Shown here piece after piece: positions 7,385 through 15,267 of a stretch of 61,525 nt of DNA; the first letter of the stretch is position 1; each line of letters starts with the position of its first letter. The stretch is from the NCBI GenBank assembly GCA_021827405.1, contig JAKAVY010000005.1:1-61525 (forward strand), given 5' to 3'. This stretch comes from Thermoplasmata archaeon (GTDB lineage: Archaea > Thermoplasmatota > Thermoplasmata > Lutacidiplasmatales > UBA184). The notes under the pieces are model-generated. The model was not told the origin of the DNA. It ran no database searches and saw only the letters and a list, made by a program, of their open reading frames with translations. The translations under genes and the position numbers were made by a program.

Positions 7385-7843
7385 ATGGTGGTGAAGCGCC
7401 AGTGCGCGTTCTGCGCCGGGGAGATCGAACCCGGGCGCGGGCTCATGTTCGTCAAGCGTGATGGGAGCGTCTTCTACTTCTGCTCCGGGACCTGCCGGAA
7501 GCACCAGGTCACCTATCACCGGGTGGGGCACCGGCTCAAGTGGACCCGGGCCCATTCGTTGCGGAAGCTCTCCACCCGGGTCTCCACCCCGATCCCCACC
7601 GCCGTCCCGAAGCCCAAGGCCCCTCCGCCCGCGGAGGTCCCGGCGAGCCCTGCCGCTGCCCCCTCGGAGCCTGCCGCTCCCCCGGAGAGCGCCCCGGCCG
7701 CCTCGTCCGGACCGGCGCCGGGGCCCCCCGCAGCAGCCCCCCCTTCCCCTCCCGCGGGGGAGAAGGGCGGGAAGACCCCCCGGGCCCGGGCCCCCAAGAA
7801 GGCCCCTTCTCCGGCCCCGGAGAAGAAAGCCCCTCCCCCGTGA
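7385..7843 (+). CDS. rpl24e: Ribosomal protein L24e with a long Pro/Ala-rich C-terminal extension
   Basis: The N-terminal ~60 aa read CAFCAGEIEPGRGLMFVKRDGSVFYFCSGTCRKH, the L24e zinc-ribbon core. The remaining ~90 aa are P/A/S/K low-complexity sequence. Confidence 0.85.
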   Translation: MVVKRQCAFCAGEIEPGRGLMFVKRDGSVFYFCSGTCRKHQVTYHRVGHRLKWTRAHSLRKLSTRVSTPIPTAVPKPKAPPPAEVPASPAAAPSEPAAPPESAPAASSGPAPGPPAAAPPSPPAGEKGGKTPRARAPKKAPSPAPEKKAPPP

Positions 7844-7868
7844 GGGTCCCGGCCCCCGTCGACCCGGC

Positions 7869-8300
7869 TCAGGCCGGCATCAGGGCGATCTCGTTGCCGT
7901 CCGGGTCGGCCACCACGGCATAGGTCCCCCAATCGGCCTTCGTCGGAGGGGTCGAGAAGGTCACGCCCGCGGCCTCCAGGGCCTGGCAGGCCCTCTCGAA
8001 GTTGCCCTTGACCCGGAGCAAGATGCCAGTGTTGCCCGGCTCCAGGGTCGCGCCCTCCCCGGCCTCGGAGACCAGGCACAGGTGGATGGCCCCGCCGAGG
8101 CCGCGGCCTCCCACGGTCACCCAGTGGTCCTCGTCCGCCAGGACCGACAGCCCCAGGTGGTCCCGGTACCAGGCCTTGGCCCGCTCCCGGTCGGAGACCA
8201 GGACGGCGACGCTGTTCATCCAGAGCGACGGCTTTCCGCTCGGGGTCTTCCTCTTCGCTTTCGTCCTCTTCGTCTTCTTCGGTTTCGACCGGGTGGGCAT
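7869..8300 (-). CDS. Glyoxalase/VOC-family protein with a Lys-rich N-terminal tail
   Basis: The product reads VAVLVSDRERAKAWYRDHLGLSV...HLCLVSE...GILLRVKGNFERACQALEAAGVTFSTPP...GTYAVVADPDGNEIALM. The start is uncertain: the ORF runs to 8399, and in-frame ATGs lie at 8300 (MPTRSKPKKTKRTKAKRKT...) and 8219 (MNSVAVLV). Confidence 0.75.
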   Translation of the reverse strand: MPTRSKPKKTKRTKAKRKTPSGKPSLWMNSVAVLVSDRERAKAWYRDHLGLSVLADEDHWVTVGGRGLGGAIHLCLVSEAGEGATLEPGNTGILLRVKGNFERACQALEAAGVTFSTPPTKADWGTYAVVADPDGNEIALMPA

Positions 8301-8441
8301 GTCCGTTCCCCCATCCCCCGGAGCGGAGGTCCCTATTTGACCGTCGGTGGGAGGGGATGAAACACTTCCCCGCGGGGGCGTTTCCTCGCCCGTTTCCACT
8401 CGAGGGCCACAGGCTTAAGCCAGGGAGCCCCGCCCACCCAC

Positions 8442-8729
8442 ATGGGCCGGACCGTTCCCCGCCCCCCGGTCCGGTTCGTGTCGGCCGGCGAACTCGGGGA
8501 GTACGCGTTCTGTCGCCGGGCGTGGTACTACCGTACCCATCCGGAGGCGGTGCCCCCCGGGGCCTTCGGGCCCGGGGAGCCCGTCTCTTTACGGAGGGGG
8601 CGCCGCTCCCACCGGCACCTCGAGGACCGGCATCTCCGGGAGCAAGGCGTCTCCCTGGGGGGCAGCGCGGCCTGGCTCCTCCTCTCCCTGGGCCTGCTGG
8701 GGGCGTGGCTGTGGTGGGTCTTCCACTGA
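8442..8729 (+). CDS. Cas4-like (PD-(D/E)XK, Fe-S) nuclease, N-terminal fragment with the first Cys ligand and the first TM helix
   Basis: The product reads VSAGELGEYAFCRRAWYYR...GRRSHRHLE, then AAWLLLSLGLLGAWLWWVF, then a stop at 8727-8729. Confidence 0.55.
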   Translation: MGRTVPRPPVRFVSAGELGEYAFCRRAWYYRTHPEAVPPGAFGPGEPVSLRRGRRSHRHLEDRHLREQGVSLGGSAAWLLLSLGLLGAWLWWVFH

Positions 8730-9274
8730 CCTTTCCCGCGCTCTCCGGGCCCGCGCTCCTTCTCGTCGCCCTTCCGCTGGGAGCGCTCCTCCTCCTCGCG
8801 TGGGCGCTCCACCGCCTCCGGCTGGCCCGCCGGGCCCGGCGGCGGGGTCGGGTCCTCGCCTCCGACGGCACGCCGGGGAAGGGGACCCCGCTTTGGGTCT
8901 CCGAGCGCTACGGCCTGAGGGGTCGACCGGACGAGATCCGTCAGGTCCGGGGCGCCCTCGTCCCCGTCGAGATAAAGTCACGCCCCCGGCCGGCCCGCGG
9001 CCCCTTCCTCTCCCACCACGTCCAACTGGAGGCTTACTGCCTCCTCTTGGAGGAGGCCACCGGGGTCCCTCCGCCCTTCGGCCTCCTGGTCTACGGGGAC
9101 GGGAGCGAGTGGGAGGTCCCCTGGGACGCCCGCGCCCGGAGCGAGGTCCTTTCCCTCCTGGCGGAGGTCCGCTCCCCGTATGAGGGAGAGACGGACCCGG
9201 GCTGGTCGAAGTGTGGGGCATGCCGCTACCGTCCCCACTGCGAGGGGGCCCGGTCGGTGGGCCACCGCGGGTAG
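8711..9274 (+). CDS. Cas4-like nuclease, C-terminal fragment in a different frame, with the second TM helix, the catalytic core and the CxxCx5C cluster
   Basis: The frame of ORF 8357..9274 carries GPALLLVALPLGALLLLAWAL, then GRPDEIRQVRGALVPVEIKS (the D...ExK motif), then HHVQLEAYCLL (the QxxxY motif), then SKCGACRYRPHCEG. There is no internal ATG. Candidate GTG starts lie at 8705, 8711 and 8714 and overlap the upstream stop. The first ~120 aa of the listed 305-aa ORF are R/P/G-rich shadow. Confidence 0.55.
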   Translation: MVGLPLTFPALSGPALLLVALPLGALLLLAWALHRLRLARRARRRGRVLASDGTPGKGTPLWVSERYGLRGRPDEIRQVRGALVPVEIKSRPRPARGPFLSHHVQLEAYCLLLEEATGVPPPFGLLVYGDGSEWEVPWDARARSEVLSLLAEVRSPYEGETDPGWSKCGACRYRPHCEGARSVGHRG

Positions 9275-9338
9275 CCCCGGCCCTAGGGGCGAAGGCCGCC
9301 CCGTCAGCCTTTTGACCTGACCCCGGAGTGCGCCTCCC

Positions 9339-9803
9339 ATGCCCCCCGATCCTGCCCTGGAGCGCACCTTGGTGCTGGTGAAACCCGACGGCGTAAGGCG
9401 GGGCCTCATGGGGGAGGTTCTCTCCCGCTACGAACGTAAGGGTCTCAAGATCGTAGGGGCCCGGCTCCTCCAGGTCCCGCCCGAGCTGGCCCACCGTCAT
9501 TACGAGGAGCACCGGGAGAAGCCCTTCTTCCCGGACCTCGTCCGCTTCATCACCTCCGGTCCCGTCCTCGCCCTCGCCGTAGAGGGCCCGCACGCGGTGG
9601 CGGTGGTCCGGGCCCTGAACGGGGCCACCAAGCCGTGGGAGGCCGCGCCGGGGACCTTGCGGGGAGACCTGGCCCTCTCCCTCACCCCGAACGTCGTGCA
9701 CGCCTCGGACAGCCTGCCCACGGCGGCCCGGGAGCTGGCCCTGTACTTCCGGGAAGAGGATCTCGTCCCCTACACCCGGGTGGACGAGGAGTACCTTCAT
9801 TGA
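9339..9803 (+). CDS. ndk: Nucleoside diphosphate kinase
   Basis: The product reads [37 protein letters not shown]...[30 protein letters not shown]...GTLRGDLA...NVVHASDS. Confidence 0.92.
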   Translation: MPPDPALERTLVLVKPDGVRRGLMGEVLSRYERKGLKIVGARLLQVPPELAHRHYEEHREKPFFPDLVRFITSGPVLALAVEGPHAVAVVRALNGATKPWEAAPGTLRGDLALSLTPNVVHASDSLPTAARELALYFREEDLVPYTRVDEEYLH

Positions 9804-9809
9804 GGGCTC

Positions 9810-10397
9810 GTGTCCCCACCTCTGCGGGCCCGTAGGACGCCCTGGGACGAGGGGGTCCGGGCCGTGCGCGCCGGCGCGGTCGTCTGTTATCCCACCGACA
9901 CGCTCTGGGGGCTCGGGGCGGACCCCTCCCGCCCGGAGGCGCTCCGCCGGCTCGCCGAGGTGAAGGGACGGCCCGAGGGGATGCCGGTCTCCGTGGCCTT
10001 CTCCTCGCTGGAGGAGATCGAGCCGTGGGCGCTCCTCTCCGCCCGGGACCGGGCCGTCCTGAGGGTCCACCTGCCGGGGCCGTACACCTTCCTCCTCCGG
10101 TCCAGCCCCCGGGCGCGGCAGCGCTGGGCCCCGGGCGTGCTCGGCCCCGGAGGCCGGCTGGGCGTCCGGGTGCCCGACCACCCCGGGGCGCGGGCGTTCT
10201 TGACCGCCACCGGGCCGCTCACGTCCACCTCGGCGAACCGGCATGGGAGCCCTCCGGTCCGGGACCTCCAGGAGGCCCGGAGGACCTTCGGGTCCCGGGT
10301 GGCCGCCTACGTCGCGGCCTCCCCCGCTCCCCGGGGGGTCCCCTCCACCGTGGTGGACCGGTGGGCGAACGAGCGGGAGCCCGTCCGCCGGTTTTAA
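9810..10397 (+). CDS. tsaC: Threonylcarbamoyl-AMP synthase, short YrdC/TsaC-type (no Sua5 C-terminal domain)
   Basis: The product reads VVCYPTDTLWGLGADP...LAEVKGRPEGMPVSVAFSS...LPGPYTFLL...GVRVPDHP...GPLTSTSANRHGSPP...PSTVVD. The start is a GTG. Confidence 0.85.
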   Translation: MSPPLRARRTPWDEGVRAVRAGAVVCYPTDTLWGLGADPSRPEALRRLAEVKGRPEGMPVSVAFSSLEEIEPWALLSARDRAVLRVHLPGPYTFLLRSSPRARQRWAPGVLGPGGRLGVRVPDHPGARAFLTATGPLTSTSANRHGSPPVRDLQEARRTFGSRVAAYVAASPAPRGVPSTVVDRWANEREPVRRF

Positions 10398-10422
10398 TAG
10401 AGGCGGACCGAGACCGGGAACC

Positions 10423-11289
10423 ATGGTCGAGGACGCCGACCGTTGGAGGCGCGCCGGTAAGATCGGCGCCGAGGCCCGGGAGCTGGGGGCCGGGCTCCTG
10501 GTCCCTGGAGCGAGCCGCCGGGAGGTGGCCGAGGAGGTGGAGCGCCACATCCGCGCCCGGGGGGCTCTCCCGGCCTTCCCCGCGAACCTCTCCACGAACC
10601 AGGAGGCCGCGCACTACACCCCGGATCCGGAAGACGACTACCGGTTCCGGACCGGGGACCTGGTGAAGCTGGACGTGGGGGCCCACCTGGGGGGGGCCAT
10701 CTCCGACACCGCGGTGACCGTGGAAGTGGGCTCCGGCCGGCACGCGGGGCTCTTGAAGGCCGCCCGGACGGCCCAGGAGTCCGCCGGCGCCCTGCTCAAG
10801 GATGGGGTGGAGACCCGGGAACTCTCCCTGGCCATCGAGCGGGCCATCCGGGCCCAGGGGTACCGGCCGGTGGAGAACCTCAGCGGGCACACCATCGAGC
10901 CGTACCTCCTCCACGCCGGCGTCTCCATCCCGAACGTGGCGGGCTTCTCCTCCCAGACGCTCCATGCCGGCCAGGTGGTGGCGATCGAACCCTTCGCCAC
11001 CGGGGGGGGCGGGCGGATCCGCAACGGCCCCTTCGGGAACATCCTTCGGTTTCGGGAGCCGCCGGACCCCGAACGGAGCCCGGCGCTGGCCGAGGCGTTC
11101 GAACGGTTCCGGACGCTGCCGTTCTGCCTACGGTGGGTCCCGGAGGAAGAGCTTCGGGCGGCCCTGATGAAGGAGCGCCGACACCTGCAGACCTACCCGG
11201 TCTTCGTGGAGGTCCGCGAGGGCTTGGTCGCCCAGTGGGAGCGGACCTTCCTCCTCACCCCGGAGGGCGCGGAGTGCCTCACGCCCTAG
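10423..11289 (+). CDS. map: Methionine aminopeptidase, type 2 (archaeal)
   Basis: The product reads WRRAGKIGAEAR...FPANLSTNQEAAHYTP...GDLVKLDVGAHLGGAISDTAVTV...SGHTIEPYLLHAG...VVAIEPFAT...QWERTFLLT. I chose the internal ATG at 10423, which is preceded by ttttaata (10392-10399) at about -27. Confidence 0.9.
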   Translation: MVEDADRWRRAGKIGAEARELGAGLLVPGASRREVAEEVERHIRARGALPAFPANLSTNQEAAHYTPDPEDDYRFRTGDLVKLDVGAHLGGAISDTAVTVEVGSGRHAGLLKAARTAQESAGALLKDGVETRELSLAIERAIRAQGYRPVENLSGHTIEPYLLHAGVSIPNVAGFSSQTLHAGQVVAIEPFATGGGGRIRNGPFGNILRFREPPDPERSPALAEAFERFRTLPFCLRWVPEEELRAALMKERRHLQTYPVFVEVREGLVAQWERTFLLTPEGAECLTP

Positions 11290-11341
11290 CCCGGGAGATC
11301 GGGGAGGACGTTCCCGCGGGACCGGCCCGCTCCGGGGCGCC

Positions 11342-11842
11342 TCAGCCGGACGCGGAGAGCTGCCCGCAGTCCTCGCAGGGCCCGTGCTCGGGGGTCAGGT
11401 GCTCGGAGAGGCGGACCAACGCCCGCGTGACCACGGTGCGCTCGCGGCCGGGGAGCAGCTGCGCCAGGCTCCGGCCGAACCGCTCCTGGCTCCTCTCCAG
11501 TTGACGGAAAAGCCGGTTCCCCTTGGGGGTGAGCGTGAGGAGGATCCGGCGCCGGTCGGAAGGGGAGGGGGACCGCTTCACGTACCCCAGCTTCTCCAAG
11601 TGGTCCACCACCCCGCTGACCGTGGGAAGGGTCACGTCGAGCCACCGGGAGAGCTTCCCGGAGTGGACCCGGCCGTGGAGCTTGAGGCAGTGGAGCACCC
11701 AGTACTGGGGGGAGGTGAGGCGGGCCTGCCGCAGGTCCTGCTGCAGGAGCCGGCCCAGGCCCCGGGAGGTGCCGCGCAGGGCCTCCCAGAAGAGCCGGTC
11801 CTCGTGGCTGAGGGGGGAGGCGACCCGGGTGGAGACGGTCAT
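11342..11842 (-). CDS. MarR-family transcriptional regulator
   Basis: The product reads LTSPQYWVLHCLKLHGRVHSGKLSRWLDVTLPTVSGVVDHLEKLGYVKRSPSPSDRRRILLTLTPKGNRLF, a winged-HTH with the DRR wing motif. Confidence 0.85.
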   Translation of the reverse strand: MTVSTRVASPLSHEDRLFWEALRGTSRGLGRLLQQDLRQARLTSPQYWVLHCLKLHGRVHSGKLSRWLDVTLPTVSGVVDHLEKLGYVKRSPSPSDRRRILLTLTPKGNRLFRQLERSQERFGRSLAQLLPGRERTVVTRALVRLSEHLTPEHGPCEDCGQLSASG

Positions 11843-11847
11843 GATGG

Positions 11848-11860
11848 TTAGGGCCCCTAA
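11848..11860 (-). promoter_or_regulatory. Palindrome TTAGGG-C-CCCTAA between a TATA-like word (catataac, 11884-11891) and the marR start. It is a candidate operator.
   Basis: It is a perfect inverted repeat with 6-nt arms, 6-18 nt upstream of the ATG at 11842. Confidence 0.35.
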
Positions 11861-11967
11861 GCGTGCTCACGACCCCCCACGGCCCATATAACCCTTGACG
11901 AAGGACGGGAAAGGCCTGGGGATCGGGGCTTGAGCCCCAGGAAGCGCGTCCGGATGTCCCACCGGCG

Positions 11968-12624
11968 TCAGGCGGAGGAGGCCGGGTGGGCGCGCCGGGA
12001 GACCCGGGCCGGCCAGACGATGCTGAAGAAGGCGTCCGCGAGGAAGAACGCCCCGCTGAAGAGCTCCACCAGGCCCAGGGTGAGCGAGAGGGACGGGGAG
12101 GGTCCGGCGGGGAAGTGGGCGAGCACCACCGAGAGGTCGGCCACCGCCACGAAGAGCTGGGGAAGGAGAAGGGCCTCCTGGATGCCCACCAGGAAGCGCC
12201 CTCCCTGGTAGTACGGGGGCTCGCCGGGTCGGCGACGCAGGGAGACCTCCCCCCCCACCAGCCACCCCAGGGCGATCCCCCCGGCGGAGGCCGCCCCCCA
12301 GGAGAGGACCGAGCCCACCAGCCAGGCGGGGTCGCTCAAGGTGGCGAGGCTCGTGGAGAGGTACAGGCTGTAGAACAGGGAGAGGAGCACGTAGGTGTAG
12401 AAGACCGGGGAGAGCCACAGCCCGGCCCCGGCTCGCCGGTACCCCAGGTATCGAAGCGAGAGCAGGGCGAGGACCACCACCAGGAGGTCACCGGAGAGCA
12501 GGTAGGCCTCCTCAAAGACGTTGCAGCCGACCACCCCGTTGCAGGCCAGGAGGACGGACACGCGGGGGCCCAGCGGAAGGGGGGCTATGGTTCCTTCGGT
12601 CTCCCGCCGGGGGGGCCCGGGCAA
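11968..12624 (-). CDS. Integral membrane protein (hypothetical)
   Basis: There are several hydrophobic helices, for example LLVVVLALLSLRYLGY, LWLSPVFYTYVLLSLFYSLYL and LVELFSGAFFLADAFFSIVW. The start is uncertain, because ATG 12624 leaves no room for the divergent neighbour. An in-frame GTG lies at 12561. Confidence 0.55.
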   Translation of the reverse strand: MPGPPRRETEGTIAPLPLGPRVSVLLACNGVVGCNVFEEAYLLSGDLLVVVLALLSLRYLGYRRAGAGLWLSPVFYTYVLLSLFYSLYLSTSLATLSDPAWLVGSVLSWGAASAGGIALGWLVGGEVSLRRRPGEPPYYQGGRFLVGIQEALLLPQLFVAVADLSVVLAHFPAGPSPSLSLTLGLVELFSGAFFLADAFFSIVWPARVSRRAHPASSA

Positions 12625-12626
12625 GG

Positions 12627-12992
12627 GTGAACTTCATGAAGGGGACCCACGTGGTGGGGAACGTGACCGGCACGGGTAGCCCGGGGGAAAAGGTGCGGAC
12701 GAGCCACACCCCCCGCCTGGACGAACGGCTGGCGGAGCGTTTGCGCACCGACCGCAACGCGTTCGAGCGAAGCACGCGGAGGAACGCCTGGGTCGGTGGA
12801 CTGCTCCTCGTCGCCGGGCTCGGGTTCCTCTACCTCGCCTTCGGGGTGGTCGGGATCGCCCACGGGGGCGTCGCCGTGGCCCTCATCGCCATCTTCCCCC
12901 TCCTCCTCTCCCTGACCGCCTTCGCCGAAGTGCGGTGGCGACGGCGTCTCCTGGCCCGGACCCCGACCATCCCGTCGGGCGGGACCGACTAG
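12627..12992 (+). CDS. Small two-helix membrane protein (hypothetical)
   Basis: Two helices read WVGGLLLVAGLGFLYLAFGVVGI and VAVALIAIFPLLLSLTAF. The start is GTG 12627 or ATG 12636. The stop overlaps the convergent metE stop within CTAG (12989-12992). Confidence 0.45.
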   Translation: MNFMKGTHVVGNVTGTGSPGEKVRTSHTPRLDERLAERLRTDRNAFERSTRRNAWVGGLLLVAGLGFLYLAFGVVGIAHGGVAVALIAIFPLLLSLTAFAEVRWRRRLLARTPTIPSGGTD

Positions 12993-14116
12993 GCCAAGGC
13001 CTTCCGCGCCCTCCGGGCCCCTTCCACCAGCGCCCCCAGCTTCGCCCAGGCCACGTCCAGGGAGCGGGTCCTGAGCCCGCAGTCCGGGTTCGCGTACACC
13101 TTGGTCGGGTCCTTCAGGATCCGGGCCGCCCTCAAGAGACGGTCCTCCACCTCCGGGGCCGTCTCCACCCGGTCCTGGTGCACGTCCAGCACCCCCACGC
13201 CCACCTCTCGTCCGTCATTGTGCTCCGCGAAGAGCTTCAGGTCCTCGAAGCCCGGGTGCTCCGGGGAGTCCCGGTTGGCGAACTCCAACAGGAACTGGGA
13301 GCAGCGCCGGGCCTCGAGGAGCCCCGGGAAGAGGGAGCGGTAGTCGGAATAGCAGACGTGCATGACGAAGCGGCCCGGCAGTCCCCGGGTGCTCTCGTTG
13401 AAGGCCTCCACCAGGAGGTCCGTCTCCCCGGGATGCGTCCCTCCGGCCGGCTCGTCGATCTGGAGCAGGTCCGCCCCGGCATCGGTCAGGGCCTTGAGCG
13501 TCGGTCGGAGGGCGTCGCGGGCGAGCGCCACCACCAGGTCCCGCTGCGCCGCCCGCCGGACCCTCGGTCCGCGCCAGCCCGGGCGCCGCTTGAGGTAGTG
13601 CTCGTTCCAGGACCAGTCCGCCAGGGTGTAGGCGCCGGTGACCGGGACCTTGACCGGGCGGTGGGCATGCTCCTTGACGAAGCGGAACTCGTCCACGTGA
13701 TAGGGGGCCTTGAGCCCGACCGGCCCCACCGACGCGGCCTTCAGGTAGTACTTGTTGTCGAACGACCGCACATGCCCCAGGAACCGGAACCCCTCCATCT
13801 GCCGGATGGGGTACTCGTACATCTCCACCCGCCGGGCCTCCCCGTCGTAGACCCGGTCCAGTCCGGCCGCCTCCAGGTAGCGGAGCAGGAAGAGGGCGCC
13901 GCGGTCCCGGAGGCGCTGGGGGTCCCGGGACACCGGCGACTCCGGGGAGAGACCGGCGAGATCCCCTTCCTGGAAGACCGTCGGCAGCGCCCGGGTCCAC
14001 CGTCGGAGCTCCTCCTTCGCCGCCCGGGAGAGCGTCTGCCCTCGCAGCCCCTCCACCAGCCAGAGCGGCTTGCGCAGCGAGCCCACCTCCTGGGTGGGGA
14101 AGAGCGGAAGCGTCAC
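12989..14116 (-). CDS. metE: Cobalamin-independent methionine synthase, catalytic (MetE C-terminal-type) protein
   Basis: The product reads FPTQEVGSLRKP...VTGAYTLADWS...LLQIDEPA...VMHVCYSDY...GVGVLDVHQ...YANPDCGLRTRS, which includes the Zn-ligand His/Cys motifs of the MetE/UROD-like family. Confidence 0.85.
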   Translation of the reverse strand: MTLPLFPTQEVGSLRKPLWLVEGLRGQTLSRAAKEELRRWTRALPTVFQEGDLAGLSPESPVSRDPQRLRDRGALFLLRYLEAAGLDRVYDGEARRVEMYEYPIRQMEGFRFLGHVRSFDNKYYLKAASVGPVGLKAPYHVDEFRFVKEHAHRPVKVPVTGAYTLADWSWNEHYLKRRPGWRGPRVRRAAQRDLVVALARDALRPTLKALTDAGADLLQIDEPAGGTHPGETDLLVEAFNESTRGLPGRFVMHVCYSDYRSLFPGLLEARRCSQFLLEFANRDSPEHPGFEDLKLFAEHNDGREVGVGVLDVHQDRVETAPEVEDRLLRAARILKDPTKVYANPDCGLRTRSLDVAWAKLGALVEGARRARKALA

Positions 14117-15144
14117 CGGCGTACCCTCCGTACCGCGGGGGCCCGCCGGGGGGCCCGGCGGGGAGAGGCCCGGGTCCCGGAGGCGTTGAGCACCTCGGCC
14201 GCCCGGGCGAGCACGGTGAGCTTCTTGTCGGCGGCCTCGCCGGTGAGCAGGTCTAGGGAGGCGGCCGGGCCCATAAGGACCCTCGAGGGCGACAGCCGGC
14301 GGACCAGGGCGCGCACGGTGGAGACGATCTCCGGGAGCTCCTCCGGCAGCGAGGTCCTCGGGTCCAGGACCCCCAACCCCAGGGTCTTCCCCCTCGGGAA
14401 GGCCTTAAGCCGGCGGGGTTCGGTCTCCGTCAGGTCCAGACCGAGAAGGTTTCCCGGGAGGCGGGAAAGGAGCGGGAGCACAGGGAGCGCGTCGCCGAAG
14501 AACGTCCAGATCCCGTCCTCCGGCCCGGTGAGGACCCTTTCCAGGGGACGGTAGGCCCTCCGGAGCCCCTCGCGCTCCGCCGGTCCCGGCGGGTCCGTCA
14601 CCAGGGAAGGCTCCAGCAAGAGCAGGCTCCCGACCCCGCCGGCCCGGAGGGCGGTGGCCTCCTGGGCCAGACGGTCCGCCCAAAGCCGGGAGAGCCTCTC
14701 CGTCCCCTTCCCTCCCGGGTCCTCGCAGAGGCGGGCAAAGGTCCAGGGGCCCGGGGCCACCCAGCCCCGGGGCCGGCCGCCGGGGTCGGGATCCAGGGGC
14801 GGGAGGGTGCCGAGGACCCCCCGGGGCCTTCGGGTCAACGGTCCTGAGACCCGGGGGGGGCGGTAGAACGTGTTGGTCTGGAACCAGCGGGAGAGCGGTC
14901 CGGCGTCCAGGTTCTCCGTCTGTTCGATCCAGGGGCGGAAGAGGTCCGGCCAGGGGAGGAACCCCCCGGTGACGAACGCGAACTTGAGCTCCGCCTCCCG
15001 CCGGGCGATCCGGTCCGCCTCGGACCGATAGAGCCGCTCCGCCGATGCCGGCGGCTCCAATCCCCGGTCCACCCGGCGCGTGACCTCCACCAGCGCCTCG
15101 GAGCGGGGGAACGGCCCGGTGAGGCCGGCGAGCACTTCGGTCAC
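14113..15144 (-). CDS. MetE N-terminal-domain-like protein (non-catalytic paralog of the adjacent metE)
   Basis: It has the same fold family by motif layout (GFLPWPDLFRP, LLLLEPSLV, LGLGVLDPRTS), but the PDCGL Cys motif is replaced by GPAASL. A 4-nt GTGA overlap joins it to the downstream metE. Confidence 0.65.
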   Translation of the reverse strand: MTEVLAGLTGPFPRSEALVEVTRRVDRGLEPPASAERLYRSEADRIARREAELKFAFVTGGFLPWPDLFRPWIEQTENLDAGPLSRWFQTNTFYRPPRVSGPLTRRPRGVLGTLPPLDPDPGGRPRGWVAPGPWTFARLCEDPGGKGTERLSRLWADRLAQEATALRAGGVGSLLLLEPSLVTDPPGPAEREGLRRAYRPLERVLTGPEDGIWTFFGDALPVLPLLSRLPGNLLGLDLTETEPRRLKAFPRGKTLGLGVLDPRTSLPEELPEIVSTVRALVRRLSPSRVLMGPAASLDLLTGEAADKKLTVLARAAEVLNASGTRASPRRAPRRAPAVRRVRR

Positions 15145-15267
15145 GGGCCGCGGGAGTCGGTGGGCTACAAAATCCCATCGAACCGCCTCCGGTGGCCGAT
15201 TCGTTACCCGGGGTGCAACCCCGGTGCGCCCGGCCCCGTCGTTCCCGAGGGGAGAAAGGGCCGGGGG

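Noticed and set aside
8357-9274. Reading the listed 305-aa ORF as one intact Cas4-like gene, and taking Cas4 as evidence for a CRISPR-Cas locus
   Set aside because: The first ~120 aa of that frame are R/P/G-rich shadow. The real N-terminal Cas4 motif is in another frame (8442..8729). No repeats or other cas genes are in the window, and stand-alone Cas4-like nucleases are common.
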